Source: Octopus sinensis (lineage: Eukaryota). Taken from it: a stretch of DNA of 64,000 nt. Of the stretch, positions 27,049 to 39,700 are shown piece by piece (position 1 is the stretch's first letter; each line of letters opens with the position of its first letter). Position numbers and translations under genes: made by a program. Location of the stretch: assembly GCF_006345805.1 (NCBI RefSeq), contig NC_043001.1, positions 47,616,001 through 47,680,000 of the forward strand. The letters are read 5' to 3'. Under the pieces are notes generated by a model that was not told the DNA's origin, did no database searches, and worked only from the letters and a program-made list of their open reading frames with translations.

Positions 27049-27971
27049 TACGACGGGCTTCTTTCAGTTTCCGTCTACCAAATCCACTTACAAGGCTTTG
27101 GTCGGCCCGAAGCTATAGTAGAAGACACTTGCCCAAGGTGCCACGCAGTGGGACTGAACCCGGAATCATGTGGTTGGTAAGCAAGCTACTTACCACACAG
27201 CCACTCCTGCACCTATTGAATAGCTTTTTTTACAAATTGCCATGCTTCACTGTATGGACTTTTGAAGCAAATGTAATGTGAAACATGTGGCCATTTGTAA
27301 TGAAACACACTTATTTTAATGCAAATTTTTAAAACTTATAATTTGCCATTGACACCATGATAAAATCTGGTACTAGAAAAGCTGGTGCCACAATTGTTTT
27401 TATTCTTAAATAGGAGCTCATTTTAAGTAACTAAGGTTGGGTGCTGAGTAGAATAATGAGTTTTTACTTTGCAAATTCAGAAGTATACTTTAAATTCTGG
27501 ATTTACAGAAAGACACCCTTCCTTTCATAACTTCTTGATTTACAAATAAGGGATTTTTAGAAATTCTATTTGTTCTCTATAAGTAATTAAATCTATTATT
27601 TATAGCATTATTTGCTTCAAGAGTCACTGTTCCTAAAAAGAATTATTTCACCTTCTCAAATTTTCTAAATTCTTATGATTTCAACAATATATTCATCTTC
27701 TTTTTCAGTTGTTGTAGTGTCTGTGGCAGTTGGATGTTTCTTGATATTTAGTGGAATTGTTGGTGTTTTGATGGCAGTTCATGCGAAAAAGAAGAAAGGA
27801 ATGCAAGAACCAATTGATAACAGACCACAAAGTAATATCATCACAAGACCAAATTTTGTAATTCAACCTCATCTACCACCATACGACAGATATGAAAATA
27901 GCCCAGGCCCTGCCCCTCCACCGTATGATGAAATAATGGCTGAAGATTTCAGAGCATCAAATCGTTTCTGA
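10027..27971 (+). CDS. Uncharacterised type-I membrane protein: two 12-Cys ectodomain repeats, one TM helix, PY-motif tail (about 461 aa plus an unresolved N-terminal exon)
   Basis: Nine GT/AG exons with alternating phases 1-2/2-1 join into one open frame: 10027-10174, 13598-13728, 15546-15642, 16791-16933, 18719-18866, 23989-24119, 24420-24537, 26452-26657, 27709-27971. It starts ...[10 protein letters not shown] and ends TM ([23 protein letters not shown]), HAKKKK, LPPY, PPPYDEI, stop. Confidence 0.88.
12883..13404. mobile_element. Tc1/pogo-type MITE
   Basis: Terminal inverted repeats TCGTAAATCCTCGAGCCTAATCCGC / GCGGACTATACTCGAGGATTTATGG; TA on the left flank. Confidence 0.7.
13598..13728 (+). 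CDS. Cys-rich receptor-like gene, exon B (131 nt)
   Basis: TTACAG acceptor, A|GTGAGT donor; [43 protein letters not shown]. Confidence 0.85.
13780..14400 (-). mobile_element. RTE-clade LINE reverse-transcriptase fragment
   Basis: LIFADDMVL (RT catalytic motif), [22 protein letters not shown]. Confidence 0.85.
14971..15450 (+). mobile_element. 5'-truncated BovB-like RTE LINE 3' end
   Basis: [19 protein letters not shown]...[14 protein letters not shown]...LEKDIMLG...[12 protein letters not shown]...KSRLRL, the BovB/RTE ORF C-terminus. Confidence 0.9.
15546..15642 (+). CDS. Cys-rich receptor-like gene, exon C (97 nt)
   Basis: CTTTAG acceptor, AG|GTAAGC donor; [31 protein letters not shown]. 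Confidence 0.85.
16791..16933 (+). CDS. Cys-rich receptor-like gene, exon D (143 nt)
   Basis: TTTCAG acceptor, G|GTAAAT donor; [47 protein letters not shown]. Confidence 0.88.
17118..17500. mobile_element. Mariner-derived remnant (related copy at about 12503-12720)
   Basis: Shared end GGGGTGCTG(A/T)AAAGTTCC(T/C)(T/G)GCTTTG; minus-strand [10 protein letters not shown]. Confidence 0.65.
18719..18866 (+). CDS. Cys-rich receptor-like gene, exon E (148 nt)
   Basis: TTTCAG acceptor, AA|GTAAGT donor; [23 protein letters not shown]...KLNFLCK. Confidence 0.88.
19755..20168 (+). mobile_element. tRNA-derived SINE, family 2, with an internal (TA)/(TG) microsatellite (other copies about 1-205 +, 26815-27210 -, 31165-31520 -, 47215-47610 -, 48657-49052 -, 55165-55540 -)
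   Basis: Head GGAGTGGCTGT(G/A)TGGTAAG...GGTTCAGTCCC; tail CTCCAGCATGGC(C/T)(G/A)CAGTCAAATGACTGAAACAAG. Confidence 0.85.
23989..24119 (+). CDS. Cys-rich receptor-like gene, exon F (131 nt)
   Basis: TTTCAG acceptor, G|GTAAGT donor; [43 protein letters not shown]. Confidence 0.87.
24420..24537 (+). CDS. Cys-rich receptor-like gene, exon G (118 nt)
   Basis: TTGCAG acceptor, CA|GTAAGT donor; [38 protein letters not shown]. Confidence 0.87.
26452..26657 (+). CDS. Cys-rich receptor-like gene, exon H (206 nt)
   Basis: TACTAG acceptor, A|GTACGT donor; [29 protein letters not shown]...[29 protein letters not shown]. Confidence 0.83.
27709..27971 (+). CDS. Cys-rich receptor-like gene, terminal exon (TM helix and PY tail)
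   Basis: TTTCAG acceptor; hydrophobic 24-mer, then KKKK, LPPY (27873-27884), PPPY (27915-27926), TGA. Confidence 0.9.
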
Positions 27972-30900
27972 ACACTCTTCAAATGAGTGTTCAAATAATG
28001 ATTAATTATTTTTTTTTAAGAACTGACTAATTAATATTTTGATGAAAACAGTAATATAATACTGGAGAGGGGTGGGTAAAAAGTGTGAAAATATGGTATC
28101 TGTAAGCTTTACTTGGAGAAATCCATCATACCTTTTTGTAAATGTATTGCTTGTGGACATATCATTTCACATTCATATCATTCCAAAGCAATTCCATTTT
28201 GTGGTGAACTAGTTTTTACATATTGTAGAAACCTAAGAGTTTATGCATGCCATTTACACCTTGGATTTTTATTCAAACTTCATAGATTGATGAAAAACAT
28301 AAAACATACAAGGAATGGACAGGCCCTCTTCTGTTTACATTATCTTCCCACAAAATTTGTGAACTCATCATCATTATCATTGTTATCATTATCATTATCA
28401 TCATCATCATCATCATCATTTTACTTCTCTGGTAATAGATTCTCCTTTTTCAGAAAGCTATACAATCCGTCTGTCATGAGTAGAGTCATTAATAGAGTAA
28501 TATTAATCCTGTAATAAACCTAGAATTACTGATCCCTGCTCCCTTTTCTCATCCATGTTGGTGTTTCATTTACTATACTGTTAGTAAAAAATAGTTGTAT
28601 ATAACTGCATGCTTGAGAGATTTTTAAGCCAAAACTCCTGAACATCGTCTGGTTACAAATTTTTATAACCAGTCCGCATTACTGTTATGCTTAAATTCTT
28701 TGCTCCAAATATCAGATCAGAAGTTCCCTACTCCTTCAGCATCTGGCACATTAGTCCTCTAACATTCAGCTGTTGGTAAAAATTTTCTTTTATTATTTCT
28801 GAAGAACCTGTTCTGCTGATATTGATTTATTCTTTGTTGGAGTTGATATTATCAACTTGCCCCTTCCATTAGAATTGCTGGCCTTAGGTCAAAATGGCAT
28901 ATACATACATATATTTATGATGGACTTTCCCATCAAAGAAGATGTATGAGCATTCAGCTTTTTGCTGAACGAAATGCACAAATGATTTGTTTATAGTGAT
29001 CAAATGCTCATGCTGCACATTAATTCACTCTCTCCATCAAATAAACGTAGTCTGAACAGGTGCACGGTGTGCCATGTATCAGGTGGCAAAGTGATTGCAG
29101 AGCATTGTGAGATGAAGTGTTTTGCTCAAGAATACAATGTTGACCCAGTCTAGGAAACTGAAGTCACAATCGCTAGATTGTCAGTGAGACACTCTAACCA
29201 CCAGGCCATGAATCCTCATATATACATATACAAACACACATCTAATGAGTGTTTGTTGTACACACACAGAAGTTTCAGAACTGGATTCAGTAAGGTTATA
29301 TCTTTCCCACTTCATATTGTTTATATTCATTTTTCATTTGAGAATTCAAACACAGTTAAACATGTCCATTATTAAAATTTAATTATATTCATCTTATTTC
29401 ATTATAAACCTTGAGTTTAGGATTTAGCATTACGATTTATGATTTGAGTTAATATTAAAGTTAGAAGCACTCATAGTTCCTAGGTGAAAAGCAACATTAC
29501 AATAAATGGAATTTATTTTCTGAAAGAAGTAATGAAACTGCATCTCTACTAAGTTGTTGCTGTTTTTATGTCCCACTCATAATTTTGTAATTTCCTCACA
29601 GAGAAGCTTATAAAGTAATTTATTGGTAAACCATTTCCCATTTTTATATGCTTCCCAGAATAAATAAAAAAATTATTATTATGAAAAAAAAAAGCAAAAT
29701 AAAACAGGAATTTGTTGATTATTTTTAAGAATAATGCATTTACATGACAATTAATTTTCAGTGTTTCATTTCTTCCCAGTTTCAAAATTAATTATTGGTT
29801 CAATGACCCTCCCAAGATGCTTTAGGATTTTATTTTCTACTTTACAGTTTGAAAAATAACAAAATTAATATGATTAATGTTTAGGTAGTAAATGAGTAGA
29901 ATACATAGTGTTGGACAAAATGATTTGCAGCATTTGTTCTAACTCTTTATGTTCTGGGTTCAAATTACATTGTGGTCACTTTGCCTTTCATCCTTTTTGG
30001 GCCAATGAAAAAGCATCTGTCAAATAGTCTGTCTTGTCTGTTCCTTCTCAAGCCATGCCTGGCTCATAAGGGCTGGTTTCCCGGTTTCCTTGGCGTATAG
30101 GTTCCCCACCGGGACAGGACGCTGGTCCGTTGCAGGTGAGCTGCAAGATGCAGGAGGAAAGTGTGAGAGAAAGTTGTGACGAAAGAATCAGCAGAAGTTT
30201 TGCCATTACCTTCTGCCGGAGCCATGTGAAGCTTAGGTGTTTTGCTCAAAAACACACACATTGCCCGGTCTGAGATTTGAACCCGTGATCCCTCAACCGT
30301 GAGTCCGCTGCTCTAATCACTAGGCCATGTGCCTCCACATCTGTCAAGTAGTCGGTTGAGATAAGGCATGTGGCTTAGTGTTTAGGATATTCAGCTCATG
30401 ACAGTAAAGTCATCAGTTCAATACCTGGTGGTATATTGTGTCCTCCAGTAAGACACTTTACATCATGTTGCTCCACCCCACTCAGCTGGCAAAAATTATT
30501 TGTACCTGTATTTCAAAGGGCCAGCCTTGTCACATTCTATGTCATGCTGAATCTCCCTGAGAACTACATCAAAGGCACACATGTCTGTGGAGTGCTCAGC
30601 CACTTGCAAATTAATTTCAAGTGCAGACTGTTCCATTGATTAGATTAACTGGAACCCTCAGTGCCGTCACAACCAATGGAGTTCCAGTTTTGATATAAGT
30701 AACTAATTCCTTTCCACAAAATCTGTGGCCTTTCACTTGAGTTAGACTCATTACTACATAAGACAAAATGCTTAGCAGCAGTTCATCTGACTCTTTACAT
30801 TTTGAGTTCAAACACCACTGAGGTCAGCTTCACCTTTCTTCCTTCCAGGGTCAATAAAATAAGTGCCAGTTGAGCACTGGTTTTGATGTAATCAACTTCC

Positions 30901-33495
30901 CACTTTCTTCTGAAAATTGCTGTCCTTGTGCCAAAATTAGAATTATTATAATGATTGTTAGAACTGTGTGTTGGCTGATTCAGCAGAGTATCAGACAGAA
31001 AGCCCTTTGCATTCTTTTACATTTTGAGTTCAAATCCCACTGATACCAACTTTACCTTTCACCCTTCAGGGGTTGATAAAATATTAATCAACCATTGATG
31101 TTAACTTAATGGACTTTTGACTTTTCTCCTTCCCCAAGATGTGTGGCCTTGTGCCTATACTCGTTTACTTGTTTCAGTCATTTGACTGTGGCCATGCTGG
31201 AGCACCGCCTTTAGTCAAGCAAATCAACCCCAGGACTTATTCTTTGTAAGCCTAGTACTTATTCTATCAATCTCTTTTGCCGAACTGCTAAGTTACAGGA
31301 ACGTAAACACACCAGCATCAGTTGTCAAGCGATGTTGTGGGGACACACACATACATACATACGACAGACTTCTTTCAATTTCCGTCTACCAAATCCACTC
31401 ACAATGCTTTGGTTGGCCTGAGGCTATAATAGAAGACACTTGTCCAAGGTGCCACACAGTGGGACTGAACCCGGAGCCATGTGTTTCGTAAGCAAGCTAC
31501 TTACCACACAGCCACTCCTATTATAATTATGGCTAGGGTACAGATTGGAAGAATCATTAGCATGTTGGACATGAAACTGGATAGTTTTCTGGCTCTTTAC
31601 ATTCTGAGTTCAAATCTCACTAAGATAAACTTTATCTTTCATTTTTTTTTTGGTACCAATAAAATAAAGAACCAGTTAAGTAGTGGATACTGATGTAATT
31701 GACAAACCTCCTCCCCTCACACTGTAGACTTTGTGCTTAAATTAGAAACAATCATTATAACTAACTGTTGCTTACTGTTGTCGATAGGGTAGTGAATTCA
31801 AAGAAACTATGAAGAGCTGAACTAAATGCTTTTAAAGTATATAGTTTTACCCTTTACACCCTGAGTTCTGTTCCTAATTTAATCAACTTTACACTTTGTA
31901 CCCAGAAGGTTATAAGTTATAAATCAAATATTGTTGTCAATTTAAATGACTTTATCCTTCCCTTACATAATAAATCCTTCCTTCTAAAGTTATCTTCTTG
32001 AGTCATGCTGACTCATAAGGACAAATTTCCTGGTTTCCACGGCATATGAGTTCCTCACCTGGATAGGATGCTGGGCTGTCACATTTTTGCCAGCTGAGTG
32101 GACTGGAGCAATAAGAAAAATGAAGTGTCTTGCTCAAGAACACAACACATCACCCGATCCAGGAATTGAGATCACAATCTTACAATCAAGAGTCCAACAT
32201 CCTAACCACTAAGCCACACGCCTCCACTTACATCGTATCAAACCTTGTATCAATGCTAGTTCAAATCATGCTGAAGTTTATTTACTTTTTGTGTTTCTGC
32301 AGTCAATAAATAAAGCACAGTCAAATATTAGAATTGATATACATGACTATACTCCTTGCAGACAGCAGAAAGGTTCAGATTTTGAAGTATTGATGATCCT
32401 GGATATGAAGGTAGAGCCTTCAGACAAATGGATGTTTAAGGCCCCAACTTGAGTAAGGCAGTTGGATTTGTGTGTCTGTAGGTAACTGGAATGATATCTT
32501 AGATATCCACTGGGAGTATCTGATAGGAAAACTGGATGGAAAAACTTGCAAACCTGCTCAAGCAGCTTGGTCTATCTGACATGTATCAACTAGATTTCCT
32601 GAATGTATCAATCAGGACTTGGACAAACTCCACCAGAGTCATCCAAATTGAACATTGAATAGAGATAACATAGACTGTTCACAATTTTGGTTGGCTGGCT
32701 ACACAAACCACAAACTTGCAATCTACTGAGGCATTCTGGATGTAACATTTAGACAGGAACCTTGTTACTGGAAGCTGAATGCCATCATTCTCTGCAGAAA
32801 ATCTACAACTAGCAAATTAGGGTTAGGATTAATTAAATAGAATTGGCCAGTACTGATACCATAAGAATCACATGGACACATATTGGATGAGTTTCTTGTA
32901 TGATTGTCACCAACCAAATTTCAATCACAAGACACTGTTCAACCCAAGGTCACAGTAAAAGACACTTACCCAAGATGCTATACAATGAAATAACCCAAGC
33001 CCTTGTGGTTGTACAGCAAACTTCTTAACCACATAGCTATGCATGCATCTAAATGGGTAAAGACCCCTTCAGTCATGAATGACCATGAGATTGCACCTAG
33101 AAAGTTCCCCACCCCAAGTCCAGGCAAGGTTGTTTATGGAAGACCAACAGTCACTCGTGCATATCAGCCTCCTCTTTCAATGCCACTGATGTTATCTTAG
33201 GGAAAGACAAAGGCTAATACAGCTTGGCACCAGTGATGTTGCAACTCATTTCTACAGCTGAGTGAACAAGAGCAACATGAAATAGAGTGTTTTACTCAAT
33301 GACACAACACACAACTTGGTCTGGAAATTGAAGTCACTACCTCATGCTCTAACCACTAAGCCATGTGCCTTCATCATGCAACCAAAAATTTAACATAAGG
33401 CAAGTATTGAATTTTAATGCATTTATAAAATAACTTACTAATAACATGAATCAATATGATTTCTTATGCCTCTGATCAAAAAAAGGGATTGCTTT

Positions 33496-33775
33496 TCATG
33501 TTTTTTGCATAGATAGAGAAAACTCTTCTAATTTCTGGTGCAAATAGCCCTCTTTTTCTTGACAGAGTAAATCCTCTAATAAATTGTCCAAAATTTGTCC
33601 ATCTGTGAAAAACTGTGATAAATTATGTATGTTATATGAAAGTCGATGGTCAGTTATTCGGTCCTGGTTGAAATTATATGTTCGAATCTTCTCAGATCGA
33701 CCAGCCGTTCCAATTTGTGTTTTACGACTGGATTGGATCTCTTGTTCCTGTTGTTGTAACTGTTTTTGGTATAAC
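33496..33775 (-). CDS. MTRF1L: MTRF1L terminal coding exon
   Basis: TTGCAG acceptor, [46 protein letters not shown]...SMQKT-stop. Confidence 0.95.
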
Positions 33776-36700
33776 CTGCAAGTAACAATTAAAATTAGCA
33801 AGAGTAAAACAGGATCTGATAAGTTTTGAACTCTTAACAAATGCAGTAATATGTTTTTTACCCCCAAAGACATAGATAAAGAAAAAGAGATAGAGAAAAA
33901 GAATACAAGGAATTGAGTAAGGGAGGAGTATTTTATCTTCTGTCAAACACTTAAAGTAAAATGAAATAACTGAAGAATTAATGATCACCTACCTTGTCTG
34001 TAATAATTTCATTGCAATTTCTTTATTCTTCATCTGCGACCGCTCCTGTTGGCTTTCTGCTGCCATTCCTGTAGATTAAAGTAAGAAACTAAAGAGTTTA
34101 TGTTTACAAAAGCAGAGTGTATGAAGTTAAAGTACATTATAAAAGGAAGCAATTCTATAAGTACACTAAAATAATAGGGCTGAAATACACCACAATAACA
34201 GTATGTAGTAACAGAGTACATTACAATAACAGTATGTAATACAAGAGTACATTAACAAAATGACAGTATGTAATACATGATAGAAAATAGTATGCTTATA
34301 CTACAAAAACAGTGTGAACAACTACTACTACTACTACTACCACCACCACCACTACCACTACTACTACTATAGTGGTATATAAGGCTGAAATATGCAGTAC
34401 AACAGTTCACTACAACAATAGTACTACAGTACATTACAACCACAGTATCTTAGTACTATATTGTAATGCTTCACATAGGAGAGGAGCATTACTCCATGAT
34501 AGGAGACTTGTGAGCATTGAAAAAGGAGAGGACAAATTGCCACTTTTAACAAAAATCAAGATGGTCCACCACCACAGCAAAGAAAGAAGAATTATATCTA
34601 CTGGTGATCTATATGCATTCAAAACAGCAAAATGAAGCCTTTCTCTTCAGGGCCAGCAACATTTTCAGCTCTAACCAGTTACTGACTGTCTACAATGCTT
34701 AACTGCCAACTGCAGTGGAAAAATTACTTCCACATCTTGGGTTGCACCTAAAAGAAAGCCATTTGACTGATTTGGATGGTGTCATCACCAATCCACCTCA
34801 ACCTCTGGCCTTGAGATATGATGAGTCTTCACCCTTCATCTACTACAATACCTGACATGGCACAATACCCTACATCTACTACAATACCTTGTGAAAGGTA
34901 GGAGAGTCCAGTTTGCTGGAAATTGTTGTAGAGCTGAAAGCGAGGTAATTTCTACTCTTCTTCTCTGGAAGCCATCTACTTGCAATACCAGAGGGTGCAC
35001 ACTCTCCTACCCTGATGTAATCTCCAGGGATACAGGCATCCAGCAACAGAACCTCCGTAATGCTATGATGGACCGTGAAGTCTGGCGTAGCATGGTAAAT
35101 TCCATTGTCTCGACCACGGTCGAACAATGATGATGACAATGGCATCTATTCACCAGAGCTAGCTGGTCGAGTTCTACCTCCATTCAAGTCTTTTCTCCTT
35201 TTATGATGCATATTGCATCTTCATACCAAATACTCCTACCACCAATCCTTTCTCTCAAGAGCACAATATCTTATGAAATACCCACCTTTCCTAAATTTTT
35301 TCTTGCTGTTGATTAAGAAGAAACTCAACCAATTAATTCCACCATATAAACATGAGAAAATGGATGTGTAAATTAATTTTTTAATTTTCCTGTTGTAAAA
35401 AAACCCAGAAATGTCTTCTTTGCTTAGTTTCAAGAGATTATTATAATATAATATTGGGAAAGTTAGTGTTGTTATTTACCAGTTGGGATATGAACAATGC
35501 GTACAGCACTGTCTGTCGTGTTTACATGTTGTCCTCCACTACCGCTAGCTCGACATGTTGTTATCTGTAGGTCCTTAGGATTCAAGGCAATATCAATCTG
35601 AAAATAAATGAATGATACAAATAACTAATATTACAAACCCAGGCGGCGAGCTGGCAGAGACGTTAGCACACCGGGCGAAGCGCTTCGCGGTATTTCGCCC
35701 ATCACTACGTTCTGAGTTCAAATTCCACCGAGGTCGACTTCGCGTTTCATCCTTTCGGGGTTGATAAATTAAGTACCAGTTATGCACTGGGGTCGATGTA
35801 ATCGACTTAATCCGTTTGTCTGTCCTTGTTTGTCCCCTCTATGTTTAGCCCCTTGTGGGTAATAAAGAAATAAATATTACAAACGCAAATACACACAAAC
35901 ATGTAACGTATGAGGAAGATGTGGACCTCAAACTGTCTGGGAAGGCAGAAACTGCAAATAAGAATGAATTCTGTCCAAGGCTCAAACACCAACACAGTGC
36001 ACAACACAAACAGACTGAACAAACACCACCAGCCTGACAGCCAACAACACTGACAAAATCCACCTTGTTACATACATTAGAGAAAACACAGACACCACAA
36101 TGGAAGACTTGTCTTCCCAACATGCAATGCACCACCACCACACATACAAATTTAAAAATTAAAACAGGACACCTACAACACACTGAAAATTAATTTTCCA
36201 AATGCTGTTGGGTCATTTCAGATGACATTCTCTACGAGGTTATACAAAAGTCTCGTGGAAACGCCCATACCAATGACCAGGGGGACACCCCTGCCAGACA
36301 ATAGTGGTAAGTAGAGCTCTTCTCCATCTTAAATTTATTTTACCATGGTGATGCTCAGAATAGGTTGTATAAATGTCAGGGGCCTCGGGTTACCTTGGAA
36401 ACAAGGTCACCTTTTAAATGACCTGAGATCACTTAGTGTAGATGTTGCAGCCATTAATGAATCCAGACAATATGACCCATGGGACCTCATCACCTTTTGC
36501 AGTGGGTACAAGATTTTTCTATCTCCATGTCAGCTAGGAAGGGGTGGTGGTGGTACTGTTGTGCTTTTCCAGAAGGGTCTGGATTTGAAAATAAAGGCAG
36601 TCTTCCTGGATCCGGAAGATAAGTTGGTAGTCCTAGTTGTGAACAGCAGTGATGGTGGTGTTTTCAGACTGATGGCCGCCTATGCTCCGACAGGGACAGG

Positions 36701-39700
36701 GCAGTCTGATTACTTCAAGCGCCTGGAGGTTTACCTGGGAATGTCTCAGACTTTAGTATTAGTAGGGGATTGGAACGCTGTCTTAGATGGACGTTTCAGG
36801 GTATCTGATAGAAGAATGGGGTGCAAAAGCCTCAAAAACCTGCTCAGGTGTTTTCAGTTGTCTGACACGTACTGACTAGATTACCAGAATGTGCCAGTGT
36901 AGCTTTGAACAAACCACATCAGGTCATCTAGATCGTATCTAGATAGGGTATTTTGTAGGTCAATGGACAGGGATAGCACAGGGTGTCGACAATTTCACAT
37001 GGTTGGCTACACAGGCCACAAATTTGTGATCGACTTAGATAAGCTTCATAGACAGGTCCCGATTACTGGAAGCTGAACATGTTGTTATCGGCGTGTCAAA
37101 CTTACAGAGACCGGATTAGCGAATTAGTTAAGCATGCGTTGATGGGTGCAATCGTCAACAACAATTGGTGGTTTGCTCTTAAAAGGGCAACTAGAGTAGA
37201 ATCGATTAGGTTTAGCAAGCAATTAGCTGTAGAGAGAAATAGAATAGAGGGAGTTTTAGTGAGGAAGTTAGATGAGGCGCTTAGGACAGGCATTGCAACC
37301 AATGTGTTGGCAGCAAGGTTGGCTCTCAACCAATTTTTCGACGTCAAACATGAAGGCTGCATTGTCAGAGCTAATGCATGTTCACTAAGTGGGGAGGGAA
37401 CGAAAGCATCACGATGGGGCCATGTGGTGGAGGCGAAAAGTGGCAATAAAGCCACCATTTAGTCTTTGGTGGACTAGAGTAGATGTGTGGTGTTCGAGCT
37501 GAAACAGATGTGTGCAGCTTTTCAGCGGCACTTTGCTTGACTGTTCGGGATGAATGGTAGGATGGGTAACAGGGTAGACTTTAGTGTGTACCTGGATGAA
37601 CTGCCACTACTCTCAGTGAGTGAGGCAGATTACTGTGAAAGGCCGATAACAGTGTGGAAATACTGGAAGCAATGAAGAGTTGCACAAGGGGTAGATCGCC
37701 AGGTTTGGATGGTCTGCCCTACAAGCTTTATACTACGATGCCAGACTTGTTTGTAGGCCTCTTAGCAAACGTCTACTGCAACTGGCAGCAGAATGGGAGA
37801 ATTCTCAATTGTGTCTGTTGAGGGGGAATATAGAAAATTTCAGGCCCATCACTCTGCTCAATGCAGAGTTGAAGATTTTGGCCAAGGTGTTAGCCAAGAG
37901 GTTGGCGCTTGTCACGAACAAGCTGGTTGTCGAGGCTCAAACATGTGCTATCCCAACCAGGAATATTCACAATAACCTCCATCATATGTGCTACATCATA
38001 GAGAAGGTGGATAACGAAGCTGGCATGGGTGGAGCTCAGATCAATTTAGATCAATCTAAAGCCTTTGATAGGGTTGACCATCAATACTTGGCAGCTGTCC
38101 TCAAGGCAGCCAGTTTCAATCCAGTTTTCCATGGTTGGATCGCTGCTTTGTATAGCGGTACCTGCTCAGTTGTTCATGTGAATGATCACCTGTTGGAGTC
38201 ATTCAACATCTTACGTTCAGTTTGTCATGGGTGCCCTCTCTCCTCCCTTCTGTATGTGCTGACTCTTGAGCCATTACTGTGGAAGTTGGAGGCTTTGAGG
38301 CATGTCCCGTGTGATCTAGGATGTGGGAGAAGTGTGTCTGCTTACGCTGATGATGTCACTATCATAGTGTTGATCCACAGGCATATAGAGCTGATTGGTG
38401 AAACACTACAAGAATATGAAGTAGTGACAGGGGCAAAAATGAATGCAGAAAAGTCAGTGGTCTTGCAACTTGGCACCTGGAGAGGCAAGTCCATACTGTC
38501 TAACAGCGTTGTGGGGCACTGGTCAGATGGTCCTGTTAAGTTGCTCAGAATTTGGTTTGGTTTGGACCTCCAGGTGGAGAAAAACTGGGACAAGGTGATG
38601 AGCAGGGTAGTGAATCTCACTCAGAAATGGGCCAAGAGGAAGCTGTCCCTGAAAGATTGAGTGGAGGTGGTGAATGTGTACATCGCATCAGTCATCTATT
38701 ACCATTTGACTGTTGTCTCTTGTCCTGTTTGCTGGTTGACCAAGCTGGTGCACTTACTCTTCCGCTTTCTGTGGAAGGGACACATTCCACTGGTCAGGCA
38801 CTTCATCTGCTGTCAACCAGCTACTGAATGGAGGGATGGGCATGCTGTGGTTGCTGATGTGCAGAAATTGGCTGAGGTTGCATCATCTCCAGCGTTTCCT
38901 TGATGGTGAGCAGATGTGTTCACTGTTTGTCAGGCACACTTTCCTACAGCTCATCTCTTTGACTGATTAGGATCAGGCGTAGACTGAGGAGGGGCTTGGC
39001 ACCTTTAGTGCTATCAAGCACTCAGAGCCCTCTGCCATGCAGGCAATGCGGTCGGTGGTAGTTCCACTGTAGCATTCTATAGATGGCTAGTAGAGGGAAC
39101 GTTTGATGATGTTCTTGAGGAAAATCTGGGCATCGGTGAGGATCAACTAAATGGTCTATTTCAGAGAACTTTCAGGCCTGGGCCTATCGATCATCATCAT
39201 CATCATCATTTAACGTCCGCTTTCCATGCTAGCATGGGTTGGACGGTTCAACTGGGGTCTGGGGAGCCCGAAAGCTGCACCAGTCCAGTCAGATCTGGCA
39301 GTGTTTCTACAGCTGGATGCCCTTCCTAACGCCAACCACTCCGAGAGTGTAGTGGGTGATTTTATGTGCCACCGACACAGGTGCCAGACGAGGCTGGCAA
39401 ACGGCCACGCTCGGATGGTGTTTTTATGTGCCACCGACACAAGTGCCAGATGAGGCTGGCAAACGGCCACGATCGGATGGTGTTTGTTACGTGCCCACAG
39501 CACGGAGGCCAGTCGATGCGGTACTGGCTACGGCCACGTTCGGATGGTTTTCTTGTGTGCCACGTGCCACCGGCACTGGTACCACAAAGATACAAATTCC
39601 ATTGATGTTCATCTATTTTGATTTGTTTTGATTTTCACTTGCCTCAACAGGTCTTCACAAGTGTCACAAGAAGGAAGGTATGCACAGGTGGACTGACTAC

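Noticed and set aside
28113-28514. 133-aa ORF after the receptor-like gene
   Set aside because: Low-complexity (TCA)n content, TTG start, and position in the likely 3' UTR.
35640-35730. tRNA-like sequences with A and B boxes
   Set aside because: These are SINE heads with no complete cloverleaf; no true tRNA or rRNA gene was seen in the window.
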